Source: an uncultured Candidatus Actinomarina sp.
GTDB taxonomy: Bacteria > Actinomycetota > Acidimicrobiia > Actinomarinales > Actinomarinaceae
DNA length: 64,000 nucleotides
Assembly (NCBI GenBank): GCA_902619825.1
Contig: CACNFT010000003.1
Coordinates: 10,473-74,472, forward strand
Direction of reading: 5' to 3'
Part shown: positions 1 to 10,800 of the stretch, in pieces
Position numbering within the stretch: the first letter of the stretch is position 1
Layout: each line of letters starts with the position of its first letter
The notes under the pieces: model-generated
The model's database searches: none
Told to the model about the DNA's origin: nothing
Seen by the model: the letters and a program-made list of their open reading frames with translations, nothing else
Program-made: the position numbers and the translations under genes

Positions 1-46
1 GTATTTTGGTTGAGGATTCCAAAGTCCAACTAAAACAAAGTTAGGT

Positions 47-736
47 TTATTCTCCACTTTCTTCTGCTGGTTCTGCATCATCTGAGCCATCTTCAGATTC
101 TCCATCGCCTTCTCCAGCCTCTTCTTCGCCCTCTTCACCTTCAAGTTCTTCATCAACTACTTCTTCTTCCTCAATAGCGGCTCGAGGTATTGTTATTGTA
201 ACAAGGATTGAATCGTCATCTTCTGATGCCAACACTACTCCTTCAGGTAACTGAATATCTGTTGCGGTTACATTATCTCCAACATTTAATGGTGAGATAT
301 CTACATCCAATGATGATGGAATATTTGTAGGAAGTGCTGTAATAGAAATCGTATTATTGACTGTTTGAACAACTCCGCCTTCTTCTTTTACTCCTAGTGG
401 TGTTCCTATGAAGTTCACTTGTACATCTGCTTCAACAGTTTGAGATAGGTCAATTCTTACTAAATCAACATGGACTATCTCATCTTTATAGGCATGACGT
501 TGAATCTCTCTCGCAAGGGCTGGGAATGAATCTTTTCCTACGTTGACATTTAAAATAACATTTGATCCTGCTTCAGTTTTAAGTGCGTTATTAAATTCTC
601 TTGAATTTAATAACAATGATTGTGGTTCTGTTCCAAGACCGTACATAACAGCTGGGATTAATCCTGAAGATCGCAATCTTCTTGACTCTCCAGATCCTGT
701 TTTTTCCCTACTTGTTGCTTCTAATGTAATTTCCAT
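47..736 (-). CDS. rplY: 50S ribosomal protein L25/general stress protein Ctc
   Basis: SRRLR..GLIPAVMYG and EIQRH...HVDL motifs, C-terminal beta domain (GVKEEGGV), acidic tail. Confidence 0.95.
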   Translation of the reverse strand: MEITLEATSREKTGSGESRRLRSSGLIPAVMYGLGTEPQSLLLNSREFNNALKTEAGSNVILNVNVGKDSFPALAREIQRHAYKDEIVHVDLVRIDLSQTVEADVQVNFIGTPLGVKEEGGVVQTVNNTISITALPTNIPSSLDVDISPLNVGDNVTATDIQLPEGVVLASEDDDSILVTITIPRAAIEEEEVVDEELEGEEGEEEAGEGDGESEDGSDDAEPAEESGE

Positions 737-791
737 GATTTCCTTAAGAATTATATAGAGTAGTTAATTTTATTTTCTATATAAAAAGTAT

Positions 792-1589
792 TTATGCTTT
801 TTCTGTTGCTTTCCTTGCTGATATTACTGCAAGAGTGAGGGTTATCACTGCAAACGAAGTTGCAGCTAGATAGCCTCTAAATAATATATCTAGTTCCCAA
901 CCTTGTACCATTACGGATCTCATTCCTTCAATTACGTAGGTTGTGGGGTTGTAGGCTGCTGCAGTTTCTAGCCATCCTTTTAATTGTTCTCTAGGTACAA
1001 AAGTAGGAGCTAAGAATATTGCAGGGAAAAATAAAAAAGTAGCTGCCTGTGCACCCTGAGATGATCCTGACTTTACTCCAGCAGCAACAGAATAACCAGC
1101 AAAACCCATCCCCCAAATAAAAGCGAGAGATAGGACGATAAAAAACCCTACATTACCGACTACAGGATCGGCTCCTATTAATTTTCCTATTAATAAAATC
1201 AATCCTGCTTGTAATAAAACTCTAAAAGCTCCAACATTCATCGGAGCCAAAATTATCGCCCATCTGGAGATTGGCATACTTTGATAACGTTTAAAGACAC
1301 CTGATTCAATATCTTCTACTAAATATATTCCAGAGGCAGCACCACTTAAAGAAGCGGAAACTATTGATACTGGGAGAATAAAATTTATAAAATTTCCATT
1401 TGCAAAATCAAAGGGCGTTCCACTTGCAGTTCCTCCAAAAACTCCTCCAAGAGCACCGTCATACACAAATAAGAAAAATGCTGAAATAATTAAATTGGGT
1501 AACTCCGCAAGAGGTCTTCTTATTACTCGTAAAACCATTCTTTTTGTTAAAACTTGTAGTTGTACAAAGGAAGATCTATTTGATTCCAT
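792..1589 (-). CDS. ABC-2 type exporter permease (DrrB-like)
   Basis: About 6 hydrophobic segments, NPTTYVIEGMR motif, coupled to upstream ATPase. Confidence 0.85.
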   Translation of the reverse strand: MESNRSSFVQLQVLTKRMVLRVIRRPLAELPNLIISAFFLFVYDGALGGVFGGTASGTPFDFANGNFINFILPVSIVSASLSGAASGIYLVEDIESGVFKRYQSMPISRWAIILAPMNVGAFRVLLQAGLILLIGKLIGADPVVGNVGFFIVLSLAFIWGMGFAGYSVAAGVKSGSSQGAQAATFLFFPAIFLAPTFVPREQLKGWLETAAAYNPTTYVIEGMRSVMVQGWELDILFRGYLAATSFAVITLTLAVISARKATEKA

Positions 1590-2560
1590 TACTTTTCTTC
1601 CAATTCATTTGATGAATCAGTTCCAGCTGATCCTTCAAGCCTATATCCTGTGACCTCAAGAAAAACATCATCAAGAGTTGGTTTGCTTGCTGAAACTGAA
1701 CTAACAATTATTCCATTTTTATTTAAGTCATTTATAAAACTTGGAATTTTTGCAGCACCATTTTCGACTGTAATTCTTAATTGGTCTTTATCTTCAATTG
1801 CATCATTTAAAACATTTTTTGCATTTTTTAAATCTGAATCATTTTTAAAAGAAAAGGTAATCACATCACCACCAATGCTTGCTTTTAATTCATCTGAAGT
1901 TCCCTCAGCTACGACAAGACCTTCATCTATAATTGCTAAACGATCTGCCAACTCATCGGCTTCTTCGAGATATTGTGTTGTAAGAATAATTGTTACTCCA
2001 TTATCACGAAGTCTTTTTATTTCCTCCCAAAGAACTCTTCTAGAACCAGGGTCTAACCCTGTTGTTGGCTCATCAAGAAAAAGAATATCTGGAGAATGAA
2101 CAAGACTTAATCCAAGATCAAGTCTTCTTTTCATTCCTCCAGAATAAGTTTTAACACGTCTATCCGCAGCTTCAGTTAAACCAACAAGTTCTAAAAGCTC
2201 TATAGTTCTTTTTTCTGAATCTTTTTTTGAATATCCCCAAAGTCTGCAGGTTGTAAAAAATAATTCTTTTCCTGTTAGCAAATTATCAATGCCAGTATCT
2301 TGAAGAGCTACACCAATTTTTTCTCTGACCTCTTTATCTTTGGTGACAATATCTAAACCTAAAATTGATGCTTCTCCTTTTGTAATACTTAAAAGTGTTG
2401 TAAGCATCAATATTGTTGTAGATTTACCTGCACCATTTGGACCAAGTAATCCGAATATCTCACCTTGCTCTACTTGGAAACTGACGTCTTTAACAGCCTC
2501 AACTGTCTCTTGTTTTGTAACAAAAGTTTTCTTTATATTTTTAACATCTACGGCAAGCAA
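1589..2560 (-). CDS. ABC exporter ATP-binding protein (DrrA-like)
   Basis: Walker A GPNGAGKS, signature YSGGMKRR, Walker B LFLDEPT. Confidence 0.93.
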   Translation of the reverse strand: MLAVDVKNIKKTFVTKQETVEAVKDVSFQVEQGEIFGLLGPNGAGKSTTILMLTTLLSITKGEASILGLDIVTKDKEVREKIGVALQDTGIDNLLTGKELFFTTCRLWGYSKKDSEKRTIELLELVGLTEAADRRVKTYSGGMKRRLDLGLSLVHSPDILFLDEPTTGLDPGSRRVLWEEIKRLRDNGVTIILTTQYLEEADELADRLAIIDEGLVVAEGTSDELKASIGGDVITFSFKNDSDLKNAKNVLNDAIEDKDQLRITVENGAAKIPSFINDLNKNGIIVSSVSASKPTLDDVFLEVTGYRLEGSAGTDSSNELEEK

Positions 2561-2613
2561 GTTAATCCTTTTATAGGTAGTTATTTATGAAATTAGTTTA
2601 ACCTATTTTTTAT

Positions 2614-2686
2614 GGCCGCGTAGCTCAGGGGATAGAGCACAGGTTTCCTAAACCTGGTGTCGCAGGTTCGAATCCTGCCGTGGCCG
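2614..2686 (+). tRNA. tRNA-Arg(CCT)
   Basis: Acceptor GGCCGCG/CGTGGCC, anticodon arm CAGGT-TTCCTAA-ACCTG, T-loop GGTTCGAATCC; CCA not encoded. Confidence 0.95.
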
Positions 2687-2694
2687 CTAGAATG

Positions 2695-2892
2695 CTACTT
2701 TAAATTTTCTGCAGAAGTTTTACCGTTATTTTCTACAATTTCAAATTCAAGCTCTTGACCTTCTTCAAGGTCTTCCATTCCAGAATTTTTCACTGCAGAA
2801 ATATGAACAAAGACATCTTTATCGCCTTCTTCAGGTTCAATAAAACCATAACCTTTAGTTTTGTTGAACCATTTAACTTTACCTTTTGGCAT
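2695..2892 (-). CDS. cspA: Cold-shock protein
   Basis: [13 protein letters not shown] (RNP1), DVFVHIS (RNP2). Confidence 0.95.
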   Translation of the reverse strand: MPKGKVKWFNKTKGYGFIEPEEGDKDVFVHISAVKNSGMEDLEEGQELEFEIVENNGKTSAENLK

Positions 2893-2960
2893 GTATTTCC
2901 TTTTGTAATATCTTTACGACAAAGTAACAGTAACGTGATTAATTTTTTAGTTTGCTTATT

Positions 2961-5054
2961 TTAAAAAATACTTTTTTGGGATCCAGAATTTAAATAATTT
3001 TGAGCATATATACCAGCTAATGATACGGATTTAATTTCTAACCAAGTAAACGGATTTGGTATTTCATTGTTGACATAACTAAAAAAGGTTTCAATTGTTT
3101 GTTTATGACCTTTACCATCAGAAAATACCTTGCTCTTGTCATCTGGTCCAATCAAATATCTCATTAGCTGAAAATCTTCAACAATAAATGAGTTATCATT
3201 TCCATGAATTTCAAGTCTTTCCTTCGATAAATTGTCGTTTGTGTCTGAAAAATATTGAATGGCAGCATGAGAACCGTTTGCATAATTTATATTGATGAAA
3301 ACTTGATTGTCGTAGACCTCACCTGAATCTTTATTTATTGGACTATATGAAGAAATACTTTGTGGAAGGGATTCAAAGAAATAAGTCCCAAGGTCAATTG
3401 CATGGATAGCTTCACCTACTATTCTTCCACCACCAATTTCCTTAATGTTTGTCCAATGATCTCTTTCGAGCTTTGGAACACTAAATCTAAAGTTGATTGC
3501 GTTTGCAGGGTATGTATTTAATTTTTCTTTTATAAATTGAGAAGCGTCGCTAAACCTTCTATTAAATCCCAGAAAAATTTTCGGATCTTCCGCATTATAC
3601 ATGGCTTCTTCAATTCTGGTTATTGAATCAACATCAATTGCTAAAGGTTTTTCAACATAAACAGCTTTACCAGCATTTATTGCTTTGATAACTAAATCTG
3701 CATGATTGAAATGTTGAGTAAGAACAAATACAGCATCTATTTCATCTGATTCAAATATTTCATCTTCAGTCGAGTACTTATTCTTAATTTTAAAGTTTTT
3801 TGCAAGTGTCTCAGAACTCAAACCTCCAGATGACGCAATTCCTAAAACTTGACAAGACTTTCTTAACTCCTTCAATAGAGGAATAATTGTTGTTGAGGCA
3901 AAGTTTCCAGCTCCTATAACCCCGACTTTAATTTTTTGATTATTTTCTGGAACAACATCATTTTTTTCAAATTGAATTTTTGGTTCAGTTTTTACATCGT
4001 ATCTGATTAAAACAGACAATGGTTTCTCCTCGGAATTGAATGAATTATATACCTCCGGAGATTCTTCAAAATCAATTTCGCTAGTTATCAAACCCTGAAT
4101 ACTTATTTGTCCCTGAGACAGTAATTTTAAAAATGCTTCAAAATTTCTATTCTCTGTCCAACGAACGTATTCTATAGGATAATCATTTCCAAGAACCTCA
4201 TACTGCTTGTCATATCTACCAGGTCCATAAGATTTTGATACAACCAGTTCAAGCTCCTTATAATAAAATTCATTTCTAGAAATATTTAATGGAATATCAC
4301 CAACAACAACAATTTTTGATTTATTCCTGGCAATTTTTGTTGCAGCCTCAATTGGTTCGTTGCTGTTTGAAGCAGCAGTAATAATAATGGAATCTACTTC
4401 ATCAACTGGTAAATCATCAATTGAAGGGAAAAAGTTTTTATTATCTTTTCTTCTTGTGACATCTGGATCAATTCCAAAAACTTCTGATCCTTGTGCTTCA
4501 GCTAATCTACAAACTAATTGGCCTAAAATACCTAAACCAACAACTACAATTTTTGAACCGAGAGAAGTTTCAGATAGGCGCAAACCATGCAAAGCTATGC
4601 TTCCAAGTACTGTATAAGCTGCATCTTTAGGGTTTGTTTCTTCAGGTATTCTTGAGCATAATTTTTGATTGACAACTACATACTCTGCATGATTACCGTT
4701 TGAAACAACCATATCACCTACATGAAAGTTTTTTACATCCCTGCCTACTTCTATAACTTTTCCTGAAGAACTATAACCAAGCTGGATAGGTGAAATATTT
4801 TTTGGAAATACAGCGTTCCAAACAGCCCTTACACCCTCCTTTTCCAAAAGTTCAAGACCTTTTTGAATGTTTGTAGAGTCTTGTAATTTATCGGTTACAG
4901 ACTTATTGGAAGACTCAATTGTTGCTATTTCAGTTCCAGTTGAAACTACTGAATAATGATTTTTAATTAATATCTCGCCAGGTCCAGGTTTTGGAATAGG
5001 AGTATCCCATAGAATTGGTTCGGGATTATTTATTTCAACAACTAATTGTTTCAT
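2961..5054 (-). CDS. Bi-domain oxidoreductase (MDR/alcohol dehydrogenase-like plus Gfo/Idh/MocA)
   Basis: STGTE, LGYSSSG, GLGILG, SYGPGRYD in N half; GVIGAGNF, VYVEKP, GFNRRF in C half. Confidence 0.85.
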   Translation of the reverse strand: MKQLVVEINNPEPILWDTPIPKPGPGEILIKNHYSVVSTGTEIATIESSNKSVTDKLQDSTNIQKGLELLEKEGVRAVWNAVFPKNISPIQLGYSSSGKVIEVGRDVKNFHVGDMVVSNGNHAEYVVVNQKLCSRIPEETNPKDAAYTVLGSIALHGLRLSETSLGSKIVVVGLGILGQLVCRLAEAQGSEVFGIDPDVTRRKDNKNFFPSIDDLPVDEVDSIIITAASNSNEPIEAATKIARNKSKIVVVGDIPLNISRNEFYYKELELVVSKSYGPGRYDKQYEVLGNDYPIEYVRWTENRNFEAFLKLLSQGQISIQGLITSEIDFEESPEVYNSFNSEEKPLSVLIRYDVKTEPKIQFEKNDVVPENNQKIKVGVIGAGNFASTTIIPLLKELRKSCQVLGIASSGGLSSETLAKNFKIKNKYSTEDEIFESDEIDAVFVLTQHFNHADLVIKAINAGKAVYVEKPLAIDVDSITRIEEAMYNAEDPKIFLGFNRRFSDASQFIKEKLNTYPANAINFRFSVPKLERDHWTNIKEIGGGRIVGEAIHAIDLGTYFFESLPQSISSYSPINKDSGEVYDNQVFININYANGSHAAIQYFSDTNDNLSKERLEIHGNDNSFIVEDFQLMRYLIGPDDKSKVFSDGKGHKQTIETFFSYVNNEIPNPFTWLEIKSVSLAGIYAQNYLNSGSQKSIF

Positions 5055-5079
5055 TTAACCTCTCAAGAATTAATGATAA

Positions 5080-5736
5080 CTATTTTATTTCGCTTATTAA
5101 GGGTGAGGTTAAATTTAATAATTCTCCTGATGGTGTTTCGATCATTAATGATCCGTCAGCATTTATGTCTTTTGCCCAACCTCTTCCTTCAGGATATTCA
5201 ACAAGCTTACCTAAGGTAGTGAGCTTCGATGTATAGTTTTCCAAACTGAAATCCTCATTTTTAATATAATTTAAAATTGTTTTACCCCATTCCTCAGCAT
5301 CTTGAAAAATTTTTTGATCATCTTGTTTTTCATCATATATTGCGCCAGCTCCAGGTAAAAAAGGGTTTTCCCAAAAATAATTTACTCCTAAACCAACGCA
5401 AACAAGTTCATTATTTTCTTCAACAAGGACTCCCCCAACTTTGTCATTTTTAAAGATTATGTCGTTAGGCCATTTTAATTTGAGGTTCTTATTTTTAAAT
5501 AGAGAAACATATGAGTAACCAGCCAATAGCGGGATAAGTGTTTTAGTAAAATTAATAATTTTTTTGTTAAACACTAATGAAGTGGCCAAACTTTGATCAG
5601 CATTTTGCCACTTATTTTGATTAGTACCACGACCAGACGTCTGTACTTTACTTACTATTAGGAGAGGCTCTTTTTTAAATTCATTTATAGCAAAGTCTTG
5701 AGTGTTATCAATTTCATCAAAAAAAATAGATTTCAT
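5080..5736 (-). CDS. birA: Biotin-protein ligase (no DNA-binding domain)
   Basis: QTSGRG, LKWPNDI, KVGGVL, GLGVN motifs; adjacent to carboxylase genes. Confidence 0.9.
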   Translation of the reverse strand: MKSIFFDEIDNTQDFAINEFKKEPLLIVSKVQTSGRGTNQNKWQNADQSLATSLVFNKKIINFTKTLIPLLAGYSYVSLFKNKNLKLKWPNDIIFKNDKVGGVLVEENNELVCVGLGVNYFWENPFLPGAGAIYDEKQDDQKIFQDAEEWGKTILNYIKNEDFSLENYTSKLTTLGKLVEYPEGRGWAKDINADGSLMIETPSGELLNLTSPLISEIK

Positions 5737-5800
5737 AGTGTTACTTCTTTACATATATATAGGTCAAATATATAGATTAATAATAATAAGAAAGTTGGGC

Positions 5801-7288
5801 ATGTCGGAAGAAAATTTAGCTGACGTACGTAATGAAAAAGCAAAAAAAATTCAGCATCCAAAAGGAAAATTAACCGCATATGAAAGGATTAATTTACTTT
5901 TAGATGAAGGTTCTTTTTCTGAAATAGATGAAAATGTAGTTTCAGAACAAAATCCTGATGGTGAAGCTGTAGTTACTGGTTCTGGGACAATTCACGGGAG
6001 GCCTGTTTTTGTTTTCTCTGAAGATTTTTCTGTAATGGGTGGGAGCCTTGGCGAAATAGTTGCAAAGAAAATTTTAAGAATAATGGATTTAGCTCTTGAA
6101 GCAAAAGCTCCAGTAATTGGTATTAAAGATTCAGGTGGAGCAAGGATTCAAGAAGGAATCTCATCTTTATATGGCTATGCTCAAATATTCAAAAAAAATG
6201 TAGAAGCTTCAGGAAAAATTCCACAAATATCTGTAATTGTAGGTCCATCAGCTGGTGGCGCAGTTTATAGTCCAGCATTGACTGATTTCATTTTTCAAGT
6301 TAAAGATATTGGTCAACTTTATGTAACCGGTCCTAATGTAGTAAAAACTGTTACAGGTGAAGATGTAACTTACGAAGAACTCGGCGGTGTTGAAGCGCAT
6401 GGAACCCAATCAGGAGTGAGTCATCAAGTTTGTGAAACAGAGGAGCAAGCTTTTGAGGAAGTAAGATACCTTCTTAGCTTTTTTCCACAATCATCTGATC
6501 AAAAGCCACCAAATTTTATTACGGAAGATGACCCATCAAGAAATGTTGACTCTTTAGAATCTTTAATTCCAAAACATAGAAATCAGCCATATGACATGAA
6601 TGAGGTTATAGATAAAATTGTCGATGATGGAGAGCAGTATCCAATACATGCAAACTATGCCTTAAATATCATTACTTCGTTTGTAAGAATAAATGGAAAT
6701 ACTGTTGGAGTTATTGCAAATCAACCAATGGAACTTGCTGGAGTTTTAGATATCAATTCATCCATTAAAGCATCACGATTTGTAAGATTTTGTGATGCAT
6801 TTAATATCCCTCTCCTAACTCTTGTTGATGTGCCTGGATTTTTGCCAGGTGTAGAGCAAGAACATGGAGGAATTATTAGGAGTGGGGCAAAACTTTTATA
6901 TGCATACTCAGAAGCTACTGTTCCAAGAGTCTGTGTAGTAATACGTAAGGCATATGGTGGGGCTTATATAGTTATGGATTCAATGGGTTTAGGAGCAGAC
7001 AAACTTTTTGCATGGCCTTCTGCAGAAATTGCAGTAATGGGTGCAGAGGGTGCAGTAGATGTAATTAATCGAAAAGAATTAAATGATAGTGATAATCCTG
7101 AAGAACTAAAACAAAAATTTGTAGATGAATACAATGAAAAGTTCAGTAATCCTGACATTGCGGCAAAACTTGGATTAGTAGATAAAATAATAAAACCAAG
7201 TGAAACTAGAAAAGTTGTTACTGAAGCATTTAAAGAGCTTGTAAATAAAACAAATGTAGGAGACAAACATGGAAACATTCCCCTCTAA
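5801..7288 (+). CDS. Acyl-CoA carboxylase carboxyltransferase (beta) subunit
   Basis: DSGGARIQEG, GGAVYSP, DVPGFLPG, RKAYGGAY, KHGNIPL; start moved to ATG 5801 to avoid overlap with birA. Confidence 0.92.
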   Translation: MSEENLADVRNEKAKKIQHPKGKLTAYERINLLLDEGSFSEIDENVVSEQNPDGEAVVTGSGTIHGRPVFVFSEDFSVMGGSLGEIVAKKILRIMDLALEAKAPVIGIKDSGGARIQEGISSLYGYAQIFKKNVEASGKIPQISVIVGPSAGGAVYSPALTDFIFQVKDIGQLYVTGPNVVKTVTGEDVTYEELGGVEAHGTQSGVSHQVCETEEQAFEEVRYLLSFFPQSSDQKPPNFITEDDPSRNVDSLESLIPKHRNQPYDMNEVIDKIVDDGEQYPIHANYALNIITSFVRINGNTVGVIANQPMELAGVLDINSSIKASRFVRFCDAFNIPLLTLVDVPGFLPGVEQEHGGIIRSGAKLLYAYSEATVPRVCVVIRKAYGGAYIVMDSMGLGADKLFAWPSAEIAVMGAEGAVDVINRKELNDSDNPEELKQKFVDEYNEKFSNPDIAAKLGLVDKIIKPSETRKVVTEAFKELVNKTNVGDKHGNIPL

Positions 7289-7808
7289 AAATATATCAAT
7301 AGCTTGGGTTGAAAAAGGCTCATTGACAAGAAATTTATTTTTATCTTTTGGTTTTGCGATTTTAACTGCACTTAGTGCACAGATAAGATTTGAACTACCA
7401 TTTACTCCTGTACCTATAACAGCGCAGACTTTTGTCGTTATTTTATCAGGCTTACTTCTTGGAAGTAGGTTTGGTTCGTTCAGTATGATTTTATATTTAT
7501 TTACAGGTCTAGCAGGTTTTCCTTTTTTCTCAGGAAGTGTTGCTGGCTTAGCTATATTAAGAAGTCCAACAATTGGTTATATAATTGGTTTTTTTATTGC
7601 TGCACAAATAATAGGAAATATGTCACAAAAACCAACAGTGGGTATAGCCACTGGAACTCTAGCAATTTATATATGTGGAGTTCTGGGTTTGATGATTACA
7701 TTAAACATTTCCGTAGTTGAAGCTATCGGTATTGGTGTTGTTCCATTTATTTTTGGAGATTTAATTAAAGCAAGTTTAGCAATTGGAATTGCTCAAAAGT
7801 TAAAATAA
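7269..7808 (+). CDS. bioY: Biotin transporter BioY
   Basis: LPFTPVPITAQT, PTIGYIIGF, PFIFGDLIK motifs. Confidence 0.92.
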   Translation: METFPSKNISIAWVEKGSLTRNLFLSFGFAILTALSAQIRFELPFTPVPITAQTFVVILSGLLLGSRFGSFSMILYLFTGLAGFPFFSGSVAGLAILRSPTIGYIIGFFIAAQIIGNMSQKPTVGIATGTLAIYICGVLGLMITLNISVVEAIGIGVVPFIFGDLIKASLAIGIAQKLK

Positions 7809-7814
7809 ATTTTT

Positions 7815-9503
7815 ATGACTAAAAAAAGAGTACTAATTGCAAATCGTGGTGAGATTGCATTAAGAATAATCAGATCGGTTAAAGAAATGGACATGCACGC
7901 AATTGCTGTTTATTCAGATGTTGATGCTGATTCTTTGCATGTAAAACGTGCTGATGAATCATTTTACTTAGGAGGTTCACTTCCTGCTGATAGCTATAGA
8001 AACTTAAAAAATTTAATGAAAGCTGTAATTGAGACAAAAGCAGACATGGTTCATCCAGGGTATGGTTTTTTGGCCGAAAATGCTGATTTTGCAAAAGCAG
8101 TTCAAAAGAAAGATGTGATTTGGATTGGTCCAAATCCAGAAACAATCAAATCTATGGGAGACAAAATTGAATCAAGAAAATTAATTTCTAAAGCTGGCTT
8201 AATGCCTGTCCCTGGTCAATTGAAACCATCCAGAACAAAAAGAGAAGCAATGAAAGATGCCAATAACTTTGGCTACCCAGTTGCGCTAAAAGCAGCTCAT
8301 GGAGGTGGAGGAAAAGGTTTAAGAATTGTAAATAATGAGGAAGAATTAGATCAAAATTATGAGATTGTAAAACGTGAAAGCGAAGCATATTTTGGATCAG
8401 ATCAAATTTATGTTGAAAAATTTATAAAACCGGCAAGACATGTGGAAACTCAAATATTAAGTGATAAATATGGAAATCATGTTTATCTCGGTGAAAGAGA
8501 TTGTTCATTGCAAAGAAGGAACCAAAAACTAATAGAAGAAAGTCCTCCTGTATGGTTGTCTGAATTTGGAAAAGAAGAGTTAAAAAAAGCAACACTCATG
8601 ATTGCTAAGTCTTCAAATTACGTTAATGCAGGTACAGTAGAATTTTTAGCTGATAATGACGAAAACTTTTATTTTTTAGAAATGAATACAAGATTGCAAG
8701 TTGAGCATACGGTAACAGAAATGAGATATGGAATTGACCTAGTTAAAGAACAAATAAAAATAGCGCTTGGTAATTCTTTAGAAGATTTTGAAACAGAAGC
8801 AAGAGGACACAGCATAGAGTTTAGAATAAACGCAGAAGACCCTGCCAATAACTTTTTACCTACACCTGGAACAATTACCGAATACAGAGAACCAATGGGG
8901 AATGGTGTAAGGGTTGATGGGTGGGTAAAAACCGGTACGTCAATATCACATTTTTATGACAATCTAATTTCTAAATTAGTTGTTTGGGGAGTGTCTAGAG
9001 AAGAAGCTATTTCTAAAGGAAAAAGATGCTTAGATGAGTACATAATTGGTGGGATACCAACGACAATTTCTTTACTTTCACAAGTGATATCTACAAAAGA
9101 ATTTAAAGAAAGTCAGATACATGTAAAATTCTTGGAAGAAAATTTTAAAATCAAAGATATTTCTGAAGAAGAAACAATTAGTGATAGACCAAGTAAGGTT
9201 AATATTTCTCTTGACGATAATGAAAGTCAATCACTGGCACCCCAGAGACCTAAAAAAATTGGTATGGATCTAACCGGCAATATAAGAAATCCTGGGATTA
9301 TCAAAGCAGATATGCAAGGAACAATTATGGATACGATGACAAAGAAAGGAAAAAAAGTAAAAAAAGGAGATTCCTTGTTTGTTTTAGAAGCTATGAAAAT
9401 GGAAAATGTTGTTACTGCACCAATTGGTGGAGTTATTAAAGAATTTAATATAAAAAAAGGACAGCCTGTAAATAAGGGCGATATATTGGTTGAAATAGGA
9501 TAG
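7815..9503 (+). CDS. Acetyl/propionyl-CoA carboxylase alpha subunit (biotin carboxylase plus BCCP)
   Basis: LIANRGEIA, HPGYGFLAEN, GGGGKG, EMNTRLQVEH; C-terminal biotinylation motif EAMKM. Confidence 0.95.
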   Translation: MTKKRVLIANRGEIALRIIRSVKEMDMHAIAVYSDVDADSLHVKRADESFYLGGSLPADSYRNLKNLMKAVIETKADMVHPGYGFLAENADFAKAVQKKDVIWIGPNPETIKSMGDKIESRKLISKAGLMPVPGQLKPSRTKREAMKDANNFGYPVALKAAHGGGGKGLRIVNNEEELDQNYEIVKRESEAYFGSDQIYVEKFIKPARHVETQILSDKYGNHVYLGERDCSLQRRNQKLIEESPPVWLSEFGKEELKKATLMIAKSSNYVNAGTVEFLADNDENFYFLEMNTRLQVEHTVTEMRYGIDLVKEQIKIALGNSLEDFETEARGHSIEFRINAEDPANNFLPTPGTITEYREPMGNGVRVDGWVKTGTSISHFYDNLISKLVVWGVSREEAISKGKRCLDEYIIGGIPTTISLLSQVISTKEFKESQIHVKFLEENFKIKDISEEETISDRPSKVNISLDDNESQSLAPQRPKKIGMDLTGNIRNPGIIKADMQGTIMDTMTKKGKKVKKGDSLFVLEAMKMENVVTAPIGGVIKEFNIKKGQPVNKGDILVEIG

Positions 9504-9505
9504 GT

Positions 9506-9883
9506 ATGAGTATTTATGGCATTGGAGTAGACCAAGTTGATCTCAAAAGAGTAAAAAGATTATTGAATAAATCTGAAGATAAATTCTTGAAAAGATGTTT
9601 TACTGAACAAGAAATTAAATATGCAAAAAGATTTTCAGATCCATCAAAAAGACTAGGGGCAAGGTTTGCAGCAAAAGAAGCTGTTATGAAATCTTTAGGA
9701 AAAGGATGGAGAGAAATAAGTTGGAAAGAAATAGAAGTTACGGGTGGAGGTAAGCCAACAATTAACACCTTTGGTAGAGCATCAGCTACTGTAAAAGAAA
9801 AAAATATTACAAATATTCATATATCACTTTCACATGAGAATGAAAATGCAATAGCATTTGCTATCTCAGAAAAGGATAATTAG
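9506..9883 (+). CDS. acpS: Holo-ACP synthase
   Basis: GIGVD, RFAAKEAVMKSLG, ISLSHE. Confidence 0.95.
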   Translation: MSIYGIGVDQVDLKRVKRLLNKSEDKFLKRCFTEQEIKYAKRFSDPSKRLGARFAAKEAVMKSLGKGWREISWKEIEVTGGGKPTINTFGRASATVKEKNITNIHISLSHENENAIAFAISEKDN

Positions 9884-9885
9884 TC

Positions 9886-10791
9886 ATGCAGTGGGTCGGA
9901 ATGTTTCCAGGTCAAGGCTCTCAAGAAATAGGAATGGGTAGTGAGCTGCTTGAAACGTATGACGACCTATTAATAAATACTTTCGAAGAAACTTTAGGAT
10001 GGAGCCTAAAAGATATTATAAATTCAGAAGATCCTGAGATAATTAAAAAAACAAATATTGCTCAACCTTATATATTCTCAGTCTCTTATTGTTACGGAAT
10101 TGAAGCAATTAATAATTTAGGCAATCCTGCTGCGCTTATCGGGCATTCTTTAGGGGAATATACAGCTTTATGTCTATCAGGATATTTAGATTATAAAGAT
10201 GCATTAAAAGTAATAGCAGTAAGAGGCGAGGAGATGCATAAAGCTGTAGAAAATTCCAATACAACTATGGCAGCTGTTTTAACAGGTGATTTGGAAGCAA
10301 CAATTGAAGAAATAGAAAAATTAAATAATCAAGGAATTCAAATATGGATATCAAACTTCAATGATCCTTCACAAATAGTTATTAGTTCATACATTGATGA
10401 CATGAACTACTTAAAGTCTAACCCAAAAGCACTCGGCGCAAAAAGAGTAATTCCACTCGAAGTAGCAGGAGCATTTCATACTGAAATTGTAAGCTCTGCA
10501 AAAAAACCACTTGAGGATACATTAAATTCAATTGATATCTCTGAAGGAAAGATTCCTGTATATATGAACGTTGATGCAAAAAAAGTTGAAGTATCAACTT
10601 TGAAAGAAAGTCTTGTGAATCAGATAGATAATTCAGTTTTGTTTAACCAACAAATTGAGTTTGTTAACAATGATATAGATCCAGATTTATGGTGTCATAT
10701 CGGCCCTGGTAATGTAACTGCTGGAATGGTCCGAAAGTCTATATCATATAAGGATTTAAAGGTAATAAACTCTTTAGAATCATCAAAGTAA
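9886..10791 (+). CDS. fabD: Malonyl-CoA:ACP transacylase
   Basis: FPGQGSQ, GHSLGEY, GAFH. Confidence 0.95.
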   Translation: MQWVGMFPGQGSQEIGMGSELLETYDDLLINTFEETLGWSLKDIINSEDPEIIKKTNIAQPYIFSVSYCYGIEAINNLGNPAALIGHSLGEYTALCLSGYLDYKDALKVIAVRGEEMHKAVENSNTTMAAVLTGDLEATIEEIEKLNNQGIQIWISNFNDPSQIVISSYIDDMNYLKSNPKALGAKRVIPLEVAGAFHTEIVSSAKKPLEDTLNSIDISEGKIPVYMNVDAKKVEVSTLKESLVNQIDNSVLFNQQIEFVNNDIDPDLWCHIGPGNVTAGMVRKSISYKDLKVINSLESSK

Positions 10792-10800
10792 GGGGAAATT

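Noticed and set aside
2614..2960. cspA beside the tRNA-Arg 3' end as a possible integrated cassette
   Set aside because: No duplicated tRNA 3' fragment or other att-like repeat seen downstream
5702..5800. Longer N-terminus for the carboxyltransferase given in the ORF track
   Set aside because: Overlaps divergent birA and encodes non-homologous sequence; ATG 5801 fits better
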